DNA of 44,322 bases from Actinomycetota bacterium. Its GTDB lineage: Bacteria > Actinomycetota > UBA4738 > CALAEC01. The stretch is from contig DASSDP010000063.1 in NCBI GenBank assembly GCA_035697085.1, positions 1 through 44,322 of the forward strand, written 5' to 3'. Numbering within the stretch: the first letter of the stretch is position 1; each line of letters begins with the position of its first letter. Position numbers and translations under genes: made by a program. Positions 1 through 9,848 of this stretch are shown here, piece after piece. The notes below the pieces were generated by a model. It was not told where the DNA came from and made no database searches. It saw nothing but the letters and a program-made list of their open reading frames with translations.

Positions 1-253
1 CATCCGAGACCGCGATGACATCGTGCGTTGCTGCCCGCACGGCGAGGTTGCGGCCCTCCGCGATGTTCGCGCCCGGACTCTCGATCAGGGTCACGTCGGC
101 GGCCGCTCGGAGTGTCTCCAGGGTTCCATCCGTGGAGCCCCCGTCCACGATCACCACTTCATCGGGGGATCGAGTCTGTGCACGCACCGATGCCAGGAAC
201 TCGGCGATCGCACCGCCTCCGTCCTTCACCGTGGCGATGAGTGAGACCTTCAT
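1..253 (-). CDS. Glycosyltransferase family 2, N-terminal part only (gene runs off the left edge)
   Basis: Minus-strand ATG at 251-253. Hand translation gives MKVSLIATVKDGGGAIAEFLASVRAQTRSPDEVVIVDGGSTDGTLETL..., typical of a GT2 N-terminus. Absent from the ORF track because there is no stop in the window. Confidence 0.7.
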   Translation of the reverse strand, partial: MKVSLIATVKDGGGAIAEFLASVRAQTRSPDEVVIVDGGSTDGTLETLRAAADVTLIESPGANIAEGRNLAVRAATHDVIAVSD

Positions 254-289
254 CGCTGGCGAGTGTAGCCGAGGGTCGGGCCGGGAGCC

Positions 290-1411
290 CTACGGGAGCG
301 ACTCGTAGACCTTGAGCGTCGCGCGAGCGGTCTGCTCCCACGAGAACTGCCCCGCCCGGGCGCGCGCCGCGGTCGAGAGTCGGGCGCGCTCCCCTTCGTC
401 CGTGAGCACGCGCTCGATCGCCGTGGCCAGACCCGAGATGGAGCGCGGCTCCACGACCAAAGCGGCATCGCCGGCCACTTCGGGAAGCGAGGACGTGTTC
501 GAGACCACGCACGGTAGGCCCCGGGCCATGGCCTCGAGCACGGGGAGCCCGAACCCCTCGTACAGAGACGGATACGCGAACGCCGCGGCTCCTCGGTAGA
601 GGGCATCGAGCTCTTCGAGGGTTCTCTTCCCCGTCAGCAGGATCTCGCCGGGTCCGTCCACCGCGATCTCCCGGAGCAGCGGCGCCGGTCGCCAGCCGAG
701 GGGGCCGGCCAGCACGAGACGGTGCGGGAGGCCGGCCCTGGCGGTTGCCCGTCGATACGCTCGGATCAGCCGCACGAGGTTCTTCCGAGGCTCGATCGTC
801 CCGACGAACAGCACGTACGGGGCCCGGACCTTCATCCGTTCCAGTGATTCATCGACGTCGACTTCGGTCGCCAGCAGGGATGCCGCGAGGGGAACGACGT
901 GGATCCGGGCGGGGTCGGCCCGAGCATACCGAACCAGGTCGTCGGCGGTGCTCTGGGAGACCGTGATGATGGCATCGGCTCGCCGGACGGCTCGGCGGGT
1001 CCCCAGCCGGAATAGCACCCGCCACGACGTGGGAAACAGGCTCGGGTACACGCGAAATGCCAGGTCGTGGACGGTCACCACGAGTCGCTGCCCCGGACCC
1101 GGCGGCGGGATCGCTGCCGGAGAGGGAGCGTGCACGATGTCGAGTCTTGCCAGGGCCTCAGGTAGGGCCGGGCGAGCAAAGACGTTCCAGCCGGGATACA
1201 GACGCCGGATCGATCCAGGGAGGCGCTCCACCGGAAGATCTTCAAGTGTCCATCCGAGGTTAGGGGACAGGAGGAGTCGGGAGTGAAACAGGGTGACCTC
1301 CAGTCCAGGGTCCGCCTCGAGGAGAGCGGGCACCAGCTCCCGGATGTAGGTCCCGATCCCGCCGGGCGCGGGATAGAAGAGCTGGTCCACGTGGAACGCA
1401 ACCGAGGTCAT
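290..1411 (-). CDS. Glycosyltransferase family 4 (GT1-type fold)
   Basis: 373-aa ORF with the GTIEPRKN motif and a C-terminal PSLYEGFGLPVLEAMARGLPCVVSNTSSLPEV signature (E-x7-E region). Confidence 0.9.
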   Translation of the reverse strand: MTSVAFHVDQLFYPAPGGIGTYIRELVPALLEADPGLEVTLFHSRLLLSPNLGWTLEDLPVERLPGSIRRLYPGWNVFARPALPEALARLDIVHAPSPAAIPPPGPGQRLVVTVHDLAFRVYPSLFPTSWRVLFRLGTRRAVRRADAIITVSQSTADDLVRYARADPARIHVVPLAASLLATEVDVDESLERMKVRAPYVLFVGTIEPRKNLVRLIRAYRRATARAGLPHRLVLAGPLGWRPAPLLREIAVDGPGEILLTGKRTLEELDALYRGAAAFAYPSLYEGFGLPVLEAMARGLPCVVSNTSSLPEVAGDAALVVEPRSISGLATAIERVLTDEGERARLSTAARARAGQFSWEQTARATLKVYESLP

Positions 1412-1728
1412 CGTCGCTGATCAGGGTATCGGGCGGCCTCCACGCAGGTCACTCCTTCGGGTCCCACCGTGGCCGCATGCTCGGTCCGGGGTGGAAGGTC
1501 CAGTCGGTCGCCGGGGGACAGGGCGACATCTCGCTCTCGTGTGTGGAACACGATGCTTCCCGAGGTGCAGTACAGGACTTTGTGGTATTCGTGCGTGTGC
1601 CATCCGTACCGGTCGCCTGCACCGTTAGACCACCACCGAAGATTCGTCAAGCCCTCGTCGTGCAGAAGGGCCTCGAGGTTCTCTCGGCTCGGGACGGCCT
1701 CTCGACGGTCGTTCTCGGTCGCACCCAT
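1408..1728 (-). CDS. Cupin domain protein
   Basis: 106 aa with GDRYGWHTHEYHKVLYCTSGSIVFHT and a PPRTEHAA-like second cupin motif. 4-nt overlap with the downstream GT4 start. Confidence 0.75.
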   Translation of the reverse strand: MGATENDRREAVPSRENLEALLHDEGLTNLRWWSNGAGDRYGWHTHEYHKVLYCTSGSIVFHTRERDVALSPGDRLDLPPRTEHAATVGPEGVTCVEAARYPDQRR

Positions 1729-1745
1729 TATCGATTGGAGGCCGG

Positions 1746-2015
1746 TTACCCCTTGTTGATCTCGTCGACGATCCTCCGGGCGTCCTTCACCCGGTTCCGC
1801 GGAGCGAGAACCTGAAAGAAGTGGCGCCCAAGCCCGATTTCCCCGGCCATCTCAGCTCCGATCGGGAGAAACTGAGCTTCGCTGATCGGTGATGCCTTGG
1901 ACTCAGGGAACACTCGAGCGGCGATACCGTCCGCCTGAAGCCTGCCCACGAGCAACAAGGCTTCCTCCCAGGGCAATTGGGCGATGGCCACGAGGTCGGA
2001 CCCCGGGGCCGTCAT
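1746..2015 (-). CDS. Small DUF2007-like (putative signal-transducing) protein
   Basis: ORF 1746..2087 trimmed to the internal Met (cat at 2013-2015), which forms an ATGA overlap with the upstream gene. DLVAIAQLPWEEALLLVGRLQADGIAARVFPE resembles the DUF2007 pattern. Confidence 0.5.
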   Translation of the reverse strand: MTAPGSDLVAIAQLPWEEALLLVGRLQADGIAARVFPESKASPISEAQFLPIGAEMAGEIGLGRHFFQVLAPRNRVKDARRIVDEINKG

Positions 2016-2263
2016 CGGGCGTCGCCGCGGCCGCCCAGCTGGGGCGTGCCCCGCCGGGCGAACGGGACGTTGCCGCGAAACGTCCACGGCGTCTCTGTAT
2101 CGCGCCGGATCTGGAGGCTTCCCAGTCGAAGGGCCTCGGCACGTCCCGCGATTGTCCAGGGTGAGAGTCGAGGCAGGCTCGATCGAATCGCCTGCTCCAG
2201 CGCCGCCAGGACGAGGCGTTCCTCATCCGGCGACAGGTCCGGCGGCATCTCGTAGCGCGGCAT
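2012..2263 (-). CDS. Acyl-CoA carboxylase epsilon subunit (AccE/PccE-like)
   Basis: 83-aa ORF whose start directly abuts the carboxyltransferase stop (TAG then ATG). This small Trp/Arg/Pro-rich protein sits in the classical actinobacterial pccB-pccE position. Confidence 0.55.
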   Translation of the reverse strand: MPRYEMPPDLSPDEERLVLAALEQAIRSSLPRLSPWTIAGRAEALRLGSLQIRRDTETPWTFRGNVPFARRGTPQLGGRGDAR

Positions 2264-3868
2264 CTACAGGGGGATGTTCCCGTGCTTCCGGGGAGGAACC
2301 GCTTCTCGCTTCGTCTTCAACATCTGGAGCGAGCGGATCAACCGGATCCTCGTTTCGGCCGGCTCGATGACATCGTCGATGAATCCTCGCTCGGCAGCGA
2401 TATACGGATTGGCGAATCGTTCCTCGTACTCGCCCACGAGCTCCTTCCTCCGAGCCTCCGGATCGTCGGCCTCGCGGAGATCCTTTCGGTGGATGATGTT
2501 GACGGCTCCTTCCGGGCCCATCACCGCGATCTCCGCCGACGGCCACGCGTAGGACACGTCCGCCCGGATGTGCTTCGAGTTCATCACCACGTAGGCGCCG
2601 CCGTAGGCCTTCCTGGTGATCACCGTCATCCGGGGCACGGTCGCCTCCGTGAACGCATACAGGAGCTTCGCTCCCCGGCGGATGATTCCGCCGTACTCCT
2701 GTGCCGTGCCCGGGAGGAATCCGGGGACGTCGACGAACGTGACGAGGGGAACGTTGAACGCGTCGCAGAAGCGCACGAAGCGTGCCGCCTTCTCCGATGA
2801 CTCGATGTCGAGCGTGCCGGCGAGCACCTTCGGCTGGTTCGCCACGATGCCAACGGAGTGCCCGTCGAGCCGGGCGAAGCCGATGACGATGTTCATGGCC
2901 CACCGAGAGAAGACCTCGAAGAACTCCCCGTCGTCCACCACTGTCCGGATGACGTCCTTCATGTCGTAGGGCTCCCGCGACGAGGCTGGGACGATGTCGT
3001 TCAGCTCCTCCGCCAGCCGCATCGGGTCGTCGCCCGAGGCGAAGGCAGGAGGATCCTCGAGGTTGTTGGACGGCAGGAACGAGAGGAGGTACCGGACCTG
3101 CTGGAGGCAGTCCTCCTCGTTCTCGGCAGTGAAGGAGGAGATGCCGGAGCGGCTGGCGTGGGTCTGCGCTCCTCCCAACTCCTCGAACGTGACGTCTTCT
3201 CCGGTGACGGTCTTGATCACCTCGGGACCGGTGATGAACATGTTCGACGTCTCTTCGACCATGAAGATGAAGTCGGTGACTGCGGGGGAGTACACGGCCC
3301 CTCCGGCGGAGGGCCCCATGATCACGCTGACCTGCGGGATGACTCCCGAGGCTCGGACGTTGCGGTCGAAGATCGTCCCGTATCCGGCCAGCGACGCCGC
3401 TCCTTCCTGGATCCTCGCTCCGCCCGAGTCGTTCAGGCCGATGAAGGGCGCGCCGGTGGCCATGGCCATGTCCATGACCTTGCAGATCTTCTGGGCGTGC
3501 GTCTCTCCGAGCGATCCGCCGAACACGGTGAAATCCTGGGAGAAGACGAACACCTTCCGTCCGTCGATGGTTCCCCACCCAGTGACGACTCCGTCACCCT
3601 TCGGATGGGACCGCTCGATCCCGAACCCATGCGCTTGGTGGACGGCGAGCATGTCTGTCTCGACGAAGGAGTCGGGGTCGAGAAGAAGGTCCAGGCGTTC
3701 TCGGGACGTGAGCTTTCCACGCTCGTGCTGACGGCCGATGGCGTCCTTTCCGCCCGCCGCCTGCGCCAGGCGCTTCCGCCTCCGGAGCTCCGCCATCCTT
3801 CGCTCTGCAACGGTCTGCTCGCCAGCTTCGGCTTCGGTTTCGACCGTAGGTTTCTTGGTTGTGGCCAT
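2264..3868 (-). CDS. pccB: Acyl-CoA (propionyl-CoA type) carboxylase carboxyltransferase beta subunit
   Basis: ORF 2264..4075 trimmed to Met70 (cat at 3866-3868, [10 protein letters not shown]...). Full-length carboxyltransferase signature: [58 protein letters not shown]. Substrate not determinable. Confidence 0.92.
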   Translation of the reverse strand: MATTKKPTVETEAEAGEQTVAERRMAELRRRKRLAQAAGGKDAIGRQHERGKLTSRERLDLLLDPDSFVETDMLAVHQAHGFGIERSHPKGDGVVTGWGTIDGRKVFVFSQDFTVFGGSLGETHAQKICKVMDMAMATGAPFIGLNDSGGARIQEGAASLAGYGTIFDRNVRASGVIPQVSVIMGPSAGGAVYSPAVTDFIFMVEETSNMFITGPEVIKTVTGEDVTFEELGGAQTHASRSGISSFTAENEEDCLQQVRYLLSFLPSNNLEDPPAFASGDDPMRLAEELNDIVPASSREPYDMKDVIRTVVDDGEFFEVFSRWAMNIVIGFARLDGHSVGIVANQPKVLAGTLDIESSEKAARFVRFCDAFNVPLVTFVDVPGFLPGTAQEYGGIIRRGAKLLYAFTEATVPRMTVITRKAYGGAYVVMNSKHIRADVSYAWPSAEIAVMGPEGAVNIIHRKDLREADDPEARRKELVGEYEERFANPYIAAERGFIDDVIEPAETRIRLIRSLQMLKTKREAVPPRKHGNIPL

Positions 3869-3899
3869 GTCCGGCAGTCTAGTCGAGCAACCGACTCCA

Positions 3900-4325
3900 T
3901 TACCCCCAGAGAGCGAGCCCCGTTGACTCATCAGGGATTCGTACCGGTGGCTCACCGTCCAGTGCGCGGACGTACGCCTCCGCTGCGAAGACGATCGACC
4001 CCGCCACCAGATGGCCGCCCACGGCTCGCCCGTCGGCTCCGCTCGCCACGATGTGAACGTGGACGAACGGGGCACCGTCGCGGATCGAGATGTTCCCGAG
4101 CCCGGAGGCGATCTCCCAGTGACCTGGCAGGTCGAGGGTCTCGTACTCCCGGCGGTCCTGGTGGTAGTAGCCGAGCACCAGCTTGGAAACGGCCCCGATG
4201 ACCTGCATCGTTCCCGCCTTGATGTCCAGCATGGTCACCATCCGGGTCAGCTCTTCCAGCAGATCCGACTCCCGGGTGAGCCGGGCCATCGCGGCCATCC
4301 CGTCCTTCGATCGGTAGGGCTCCAC
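3900..4325 (-). CDS. PPC/DUF296 domain protein
   Basis: 141 aa. [17 protein letters not shown]...[37 protein letters not shown] matches the DUF296 (PPC) pattern. Confidence 0.75.
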   Translation of the reverse strand: MEPYRSKDGMAAMARLTRESDLLEELTRMVTMLDIKAGTMQVIGAVSKLVLGYYHQDRREYETLDLPGHWEIASGLGNISIRDGAPFVHVHIVASGADGRAVGGHLVAGSIVFAAEAYVRALDGEPPVRIPDESTGLALWG

Positions 4326-4411
4326 GTCTCGCTCCTTTCGTTCGCCGGCGAGCCGTAGCGTAGTCGGCCGGCCTCCACGGAAATGTCACACCCGGGCTCT
4401 ACGATTCATCC

Positions 4412-5332
4412 ATGGAGCTCACCCCGGTGCAGGAACGGACGCTGGCCGACCTCATGGCCAGCGATGTCGCACGCCCCACGTTCGCCCGAGACCTGGCGGC
4501 ACGGCTGGCCACGCTGGTCGAACGGCTCGTCGCTCCGGCTCTGACCACGCTGCCTGACGGGCAGCGCATCGTATTGTCAAAGTCCGGGCTCACCAACCTC
4601 CACGCTCGGTGTGAAGGCCTGTACCTGGCGAACGCGATGGGTGAGGGCGTCTTCGAGTTCTCCCTCCCGCTTGCCGTTGGGAAGCTCGTCCACAAGTCCA
4701 TCGAAGCCGACGTGGTCGGGGAGCGACTTCCCGAGAGCGAGCTCGTTCAGAAGGCCCTTCACCGCTTGCGTTCGTCCGACACCGAGTTCGATCTCTTCGT
4801 CGAAGCGCTCGACGGCATCGAGCGCTCCGAGCTTGTGGGCGAGGCGATCCGCCAGGTCGTGCTGTTCCGAGGCACGCTCCCCCCGCTGCAGAAGTCCTGG
4901 GCCCCCGTTCCCGAGCTGAGGGTGAAGCACGAGCTTCTCGGCGGCCGCCTCCTGCTCACGGGGACGATCGACCTCTCTCTGGGGAGGCCTCGAGAGGAGG
5001 CCCCCATGGAGGGCCGGCGGCTGTTCATCGAGCTGAAGACGGGAATGGAACGTCCGGAGTTCGTCGACGACCTCAGGTTCTACGCGCTGGTGGCGACCCT
5101 GCGGTTCGGCGTTCCACCATTTCGCGTGGCCACTCTCTTGCTCGAGGACGGCACGTACCGACCCGAGGACGTGACGGAGGACACCCTGGAAGCAGCCGCG
5201 CGGCGGGCAGCGGACGCGGCGTCCAGGCACGTCGCACTTCTCGGTGGACAGGAACCGGTCCTGCGCGCGGGCCCCTGGTGTGGCTGGTGTCCTCGCCGAG
5301 ACACCTGCCCCGAGTCTCTGACGAGGAAATAG
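4412..5332 (+). CDS. PD-(D/E)XK nuclease, Cas4/RecB-family with 4-Cys cluster
   Basis: 306 aa with GTIDLSLG (Asp) and LFIELKTG (E-x-K) motifs. One N-terminal Cys (HARCEG) plus a C-terminal C-x2-C-x5-C (CGWCPRRDTC), the Cas4/AddB Fe-S arrangement. Confidence 0.75.
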   Translation: MELTPVQERTLADLMASDVARPTFARDLAARLATLVERLVAPALTTLPDGQRIVLSKSGLTNLHARCEGLYLANAMGEGVFEFSLPLAVGKLVHKSIEADVVGERLPESELVQKALHRLRSSDTEFDLFVEALDGIERSELVGEAIRQVVLFRGTLPPLQKSWAPVPELRVKHELLGGRLLLTGTIDLSLGRPREEAPMEGRRLFIELKTGMERPEFVDDLRFYALVATLRFGVPPFRVATLLLEDGTYRPEDVTEDTLEAAARRAADAASRHVALLGGQEPVLRAGPWCGWCPRRDTCPESLTRK

Positions 5333-5367
5333 CCCCCCGCCAACGCGCCGCGTTACCCTAGGGCGCC

Positions 5368-5991
5368 ATGTTCGAACGGTTCACTGATCGGGCCCGTCGG
5401 GTCGTCGTCCTTGCCCAAGAAGAAGCTCGGATGCTGAACCACAATTACATCGGGACCGAGCACATCTTGCTTGGCCTCGCCCACGAAGGCGAGAGTGTCG
5501 CCTCCAAGGCTCTGGAGTCACTGGGGATCTCCTTGGAAGCGGTGAGAGGCGAGGTCGAGGAGATCATCGGGCAGGGGGAAACAGCGCCCGCCGGGCACAT
5601 CCCGTTCACCCCGCGGGCGAAAAAGGTTCTGGAGTTGGGCCTTCGAGAGGCGCTTCAGTTGGGTCACAACTACATTGGCCCCGAACACCTGCTGCTTGGG
5701 CTGGTTCGGGAGGGGAAGGGGGTAGCTGCTCAGGTGCTCGAGAAACGGGGCGCCGAGCTGCAGCGGGTCCGGCAGGAGGTCATCCAGCTCCTTTCCGGCT
5801 TCTCAGGAGGTGAAGCAGCCGGGCAATCGCCAGGCCCTCCGGTCTGTCCGAGGTGTCGGGCTTCGCTGAGGGAATACATCGCCTATGGCGTGCTCGAGGT
5901 CCGGACCCCCGAGGGCGAGAAGGGCCGGGACGTCCAGTTCGTCTTCTGCCGGCGCTGCGGCACCTGGCTGGGGACCATCCCGGCGGCCTGA
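5368..5991 (+). CDS. Stand-alone Clp repeat (ClpC N-terminal) domain protein with C-terminal zinc ribbon
   Basis: MFERFTDRARRVVVLAQEEARMLNHNYIGTEHILLGL and a second repeat ALQLGHNYIGPEHLLLGL. No AAA+ module. C-terminal CPRC...CRRC. Confidence 0.8.
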   Translation: MFERFTDRARRVVVLAQEEARMLNHNYIGTEHILLGLAHEGESVASKALESLGISLEAVRGEVEEIIGQGETAPAGHIPFTPRAKKVLELGLREALQLGHNYIGPEHLLLGLVREGKGVAAQVLEKRGAELQRVRQEVIQLLSGFSGGEAAGQSPGPPVCPRCRASLREYIAYGVLEVRTPEGEKGRDVQFVFCRRCGTWLGTIPAA

Positions 5992-6062
5992 GGCCAGTTG
6001 TCGGGAACGGCTGAAATAACCTACTCTTGAGTAGCCCGACGGTCGGCGCCGGTCCCTCCGTC

Positions 6063-7331
6063 ATGGATTTCGGTAGCGAGGCAATGTTCAAGGATCTGTA
6101 CGAGATCGGAGAGATCCCTCCCATCGGGGAGGTTCCCGCCCGCATGTTCGCTCAGGTGATTCGCCCAGAGCGGTTCGGAGAACCGGAGCGAGCCTTCCAA
6201 GTTGAGGAGATCGACATTCCCGGCATCGGTCCCGACGATGCGCTCGTCCTCGTGATGGCGGCGGGGATCAACTACAACAACGTGTGGGCCGCCCGCGGCG
6301 TGCCCGTTGATGTCTGTGAGATCCACGGACGATTCGGGGAGCCCACCGGTTTCCACATCGGAGGCTCGGACGCGTCGGGTGTGGTGTACGCGGTGGGTGA
6401 CCGAGTGGAGAACGTTCGGGTCGGCGATCACGTCGTGATCCACTGTGGCCAGTGGGACGCGGACGATCCGACCCTCGCGGGGGGAGAGGATCCCGCGTTC
6501 GCACCCTCGTTCCGGATCTGGGGTTACGAGTCGAACTGGGGCTCGTTCGCCCAGTTCACCAAGGTCCAGGCCCATCAGTGCCTTCCGAAGGCACCCCAGC
6601 TCACGTGGGAGGAAGCCGCCGCCCCCACGCTCGTCGGCGCCACCGCATACCGGATGCTGCTCGGATGGGCGCCGCACACCGTCCGCGCCGATGACGTCGT
6701 TCTGATCTGGGGCGGAGCGGGCGGTCTCGGCTCGATGGCCATCCAGCTCGTGCGAGAGCTCGGAGGGAAGGCCGTCGCGGTGGTTTCCTCCGAAGAGAAG
6801 GCCGACTTCTGCAAGCGGCTCGGGGCCGTCGGAACGATCGATCGCAAGCAGTTCTCTCACTGGGGGATGCCCCCTCACTGGACGGACGCGGACGCTTATG
6901 GCCAGTGGTTCGAGGGGGCGAAGGCCTTCGGGAAGGCCCTGTGGGAGGCCGTAGGGGAGAAGCGGGCGCCCCGGATCGTTTTCGAACATCCGGGCGAAGA
7001 GACCATCCCGACATCGATCTTCGTGTGCGACACCGGCGGCATGGTGGTCATCTGTGCCGGCACCACTGGCTACAACGCCGTGGCAGACCTTCGGTACCTG
7101 TGGATGCGCCAGAAGCGGTTCCAGGGATCGCACTTCGCCAATGACGAACAGTCGGCGGCGTTCAACGAGCTGGTCATCGGCGGGCGAATCGACCCCTGCC
7201 TTTCCCGAACGTTCTGGTTCCAGGACATCGGCCAGGCACACCAGCTGATGGGTGAGAACGCCCACCCGGAGGGGAACATGGCGGCCCTGGTGTCGGCGCC
7301 GGGCGAGGGCCTGACCGACTTTCCCACCTGA
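6063..7331 (+). CDS. ccr: Crotonyl-CoA carboxylase/reductase
   Basis: [73 protein letters not shown] and ICAGTTGYN...[14 protein letters not shown] closely follow the Ccr sequences I remember. The start is uncertain: the track uses TTG 6027, and ATG 6063 and 6084 are also in frame. Confidence 0.88.
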   Translation: MDFGSEAMFKDLYEIGEIPPIGEVPARMFAQVIRPERFGEPERAFQVEEIDIPGIGPDDALVLVMAAGINYNNVWAARGVPVDVCEIHGRFGEPTGFHIGGSDASGVVYAVGDRVENVRVGDHVVIHCGQWDADDPTLAGGEDPAFAPSFRIWGYESNWGSFAQFTKVQAHQCLPKAPQLTWEEAAAPTLVGATAYRMLLGWAPHTVRADDVVLIWGGAGGLGSMAIQLVRELGGKAVAVVSSEEKADFCKRLGAVGTIDRKQFSHWGMPPHWTDADAYGQWFEGAKAFGKALWEAVGEKRAPRIVFEHPGEETIPTSIFVCDTGGMVVICAGTTGYNAVADLRYLWMRQKRFQGSHFANDEQSAAFNELVIGGRIDPCLSRTFWFQDIGQAHQLMGENAHPEGNMAALVSAPGEGLTDFPT

Positions 7332-7346
7332 TCCCCAGCGACTCGG

Positions 7347-7754
7347 TCAGCCTTCGGGTTCCTGGACTAGCTCGACCAGGACGCCCCCGAACCCCTTTGG
7401 ATGGACGAAGGCGACCGTGGTTCCGCGAGAGCCCCGACGCGGTTCTTCGTCCACGAGCGGCACCCCCTGATCCTTCAGGCGGTCCAGTGCCGCCAGGAGG
7501 TCGTGCACCCGATAGGCCACGTGGTGGATCCCCCCTCCGCGTCGCCGGAGGAACCTCCCCACCGGAGTGCTGGGCGAGAGGGCCCCGAGCAGCTGGATGT
7601 ACGACGTGCCCACGGCGAACATGACCTCCTGGACTCCCTGGTCCTCGATGGTCTCTCGATGGGACGGCTCGATCCCGAAGGCGTTGCGATATCTCTCCAC
7701 CGCTGCCTCGAGGTCGGGGACCGCGATCCCTATGTGATCGACGTCCTGGAGCAT
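7347..7754 (-). CDS. mce: Methylmalonyl-CoA epimerase (VOC/glyoxalase fold)
   Basis: ORF 7347..7868 trimmed to Met39 (cat at 7752-7754): MLQDVDHIGIAVPDLEAAVERYRNAFG...GGIHHVAYRV...AFVHPKGFGGVLVELVQ. Confidence 0.85.
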   Translation of the reverse strand: MLQDVDHIGIAVPDLEAAVERYRNAFGIEPSHRETIEDQGVQEVMFAVGTSYIQLLGALSPSTPVGRFLRRRGGGIHHVAYRVHDLLAALDRLKDQGVPLVDEEPRRGSRGTTVAFVHPKGFGGVLVELVQEPEG

Positions 7755-7886
7755 GGGCAGGACGATACCCTGCGGTGATCCGCCTCCGCATGGGCCGGGT
7801 GGCAGGGACGAGCGACATGGTGTCGAATACTTCCTTGGAGCTCGAGCCGCCCCCGCGCTCGGGCCCATTTTTGTTGGAGGTCAGGA

Positions 7887-9743
7887 ATGGACACGAAGCC
7901 CCAGGCGACGACGATCGAGGAACCCATGCAGAACAGCGTTGCCGCCGTCCTGGGCCAGTCGAAGCTGCTCCAGGCTGGGCGTGCCGACGTCGCCCGGATC
8001 AGGGAGCGCACCCGCCAGCGTCGTCTCCTTCGCCTGGCGATCTTTCTGGGGATCATCGACGCCTACCTGTGGTACCGCTTCCTTTCGGGCAACCCGCTCG
8101 GCGCTCCCCAACTCCCGAACGATTGGGTCATCTGGCTCCCCGCAGTGCTTCTCATCCTCATGCTCGGGGTGATGATGCTCCTGCCGCTCTCCAGCGGGAG
8201 GTCGCCGCACATGCTGGTCCGCCCGGAGCACATCGAGGTCGGCCTGGAGGACGTTCGAGGCCTCGACGGGCCCGTCGACGAGGTCATCCGGACCCTCAAC
8301 GTCTTCCTGGGTTATTCCACCTTCCGCGAGCGCCTCGGTGGGAACCCTCGCCGAGGAATCCTGTTCGAGGGGCCGCCCGGAACCGGAAAGACCTACCTCG
8401 CCAAAGCGATGGCCAAGCAGGCTGGGGTGCCCTTCCTGTTCGTGTCGGCACCCGCGTTCCAGTCCATGTGGTACGGGATGACCAACGCCCGGATCCGCTC
8501 GTTCTTTCGCCAGCTGCGGAAGGCGGCCCGGCGAGAGGGCGGGGCAATCGGGTTCATCGAGGAGATCGACGCGATCGGGGTCGACCGCGGCTCGGCGTCC
8601 GCCTCCCCGGCTCCCGACATCGCTCGCTCGGTCTCGAACATGATCTCGTCCGGGACCGGCGGGATGGTCAACGAGTTGCTCATTCAGATGCAGTCGTTCG
8701 ATCAGCAGACCTGGCGGAACAAGCAACGAGACCGCTTCGCCGAGTGGCTGAACGGATATCTCCCCGCCGGGCGGCGCGTCAGAACTCGCACCCCCGAGTA
8801 CCACAACATCTTGCTGATCGCGGCGACCAACCGAGGCGACTCCCTCGACCCGGCCCTTCTGCGTCCCGGCCGATTCGACCGCCGTCTGTACTTCGACCTC
8901 CCCACCAAGAAGGGACGACGCGACCTCATCGACGTCTTTCTCGCGCTCAAGGCGCACGAAGAGGAGCTGGACCGGGAGGACTTTCGCGAGCGGCTGGCCC
9001 ACGACACCTTCGGGTATACGCCAGTGATGATCGAGCACCTCTTCGACGAAGCGCTCCTGGTGGCGCTGCGGAACGATCGAGATCGGATGCGCAACTCAGA
9101 CGTCTACGAGGCCAAGCTGTCCGAAGAGATCGGCCTGAAGCAAGCCGTGGTGTACACGGAGGCGGAGCGCCAGGCCGTGGCCACCCACGAGGCAGGGCAT
9201 GCCACCGTGGCGTATTTCCTCGGAAAGACCCGACGTCTCGAAGTGCTCTCCATCATCAAGCGACGGAAGTCCCTCGGATTGCTCGCACACGCGGAGCTCG
9301 AGGAGCGATTCACGAAGTCCAGGTCGGAACTCGAGTCCATGTTGGCCATCGCCCTCGGCGGGATGGCCGCCGAGGAGCTCTTCCTCGGAGAACCGGGAAC
9401 CGGCCCGGCATCGGACCTGGCATCCGCCACGGAGGTCGCAGCAATGATGGTCGGGGCGCTCGGGATGGGAGGCTCCCTCGTCTCCTACGAAGCCGTCGCC
9501 GAAGGTCCGGTCTCGACTCGGAACCTCGTCGGCAGGGTCCTCGGGGACGCAGGCGGAAAGGGGAAGGTCGAGGAGCTCCTGGGTGGCCAGAAGGAGCAGG
9601 CCATCGCCGTCCTCGATGAGAACCGCGACGTGGTGGAAGGGCTCCGAGATGCGCTGTTGGAGCGGGACGAGCTCATCGGTGACGAGATCCTGGACGTGAT
9701 CCACGCCGCCCTCTCCCGTCGGGAAGAGATTTCCGCCCCGTAA
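7887..9743 (+). CDS. FtsH-like membrane AAA+ zinc metalloprotease (divergent paralogue)
   Basis: GGAGG 7 nt upstream of the ATG. Two N-terminal hydrophobic segments, Walker A GPPGTGKT, SRH ATNRGDSLDPALLRPGRFDRR, and M41 HEAGH with a downstream GPASDL. Confidence 0.88.
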   Translation: MDTKPQATTIEEPMQNSVAAVLGQSKLLQAGRADVARIRERTRQRRLLRLAIFLGIIDAYLWYRFLSGNPLGAPQLPNDWVIWLPAVLLILMLGVMMLLPLSSGRSPHMLVRPEHIEVGLEDVRGLDGPVDEVIRTLNVFLGYSTFRERLGGNPRRGILFEGPPGTGKTYLAKAMAKQAGVPFLFVSAPAFQSMWYGMTNARIRSFFRQLRKAARREGGAIGFIEEIDAIGVDRGSASASPAPDIARSVSNMISSGTGGMVNELLIQMQSFDQQTWRNKQRDRFAEWLNGYLPAGRRVRTRTPEYHNILLIAATNRGDSLDPALLRPGRFDRRLYFDLPTKKGRRDLIDVFLALKAHEEELDREDFRERLAHDTFGYTPVMIEHLFDEALLVALRNDRDRMRNSDVYEAKLSEEIGLKQAVVYTEAERQAVATHEAGHATVAYFLGKTRRLEVLSIIKRRKSLGLLAHAELEERFTKSRSELESMLAIALGGMAAEELFLGEPGTGPASDLASATEVAAMMVGALGMGGSLVSYEAVAEGPVSTRNLVGRVLGDAGGKGKVEELLGGQKEQAIAVLDENRDVVEGLRDALLERDELIGDEILDVIHAALSRREEISAP

Positions 9744-9848
9744 GAGTCCCAGCCCTTCAGCACCGTTCTTCCTCCCCGTTCCGACGCCCCACGTCGCCGG
9801 ACGTAAAATGGTCATGAGGGCGACACTTCCATCACATCGGAGGGAAAC

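Noticed and set aside
2264-4075. N-terminal extensions given by the ORF track (pccB 603 aa, CoA ligase 822 aa, fbiB 550 aa, LCP 540 aa, ACAD 406 aa, etc.)
   Set aside because: The extensions are Arg/Pro-rich and overlap neighbouring genes. Internal starts give lengths typical of each family and often form ATGA/GTGA coupling with the upstream gene.
2223-4201. Long ORFs overlapping pccB in other frames or strands (2223..3578 minus, 2858..4201 plus, 2994..3731 plus)
   Set aside because: They are Arg/Gly/Pro/His-rich with no motifs, and they overlap a gene with unmistakable carboxyltransferase signatures. This is the typical stop-codon-poor alternative frame of GC-rich DNA. The same reasoning applies to 6021..7265, 7775..9619, 7881..9038, 9096..10409, 12133..13515, 12726..14048, 15752..17128, 25394..26608, 29518..31386, 30026..31363 and 40147..41751.
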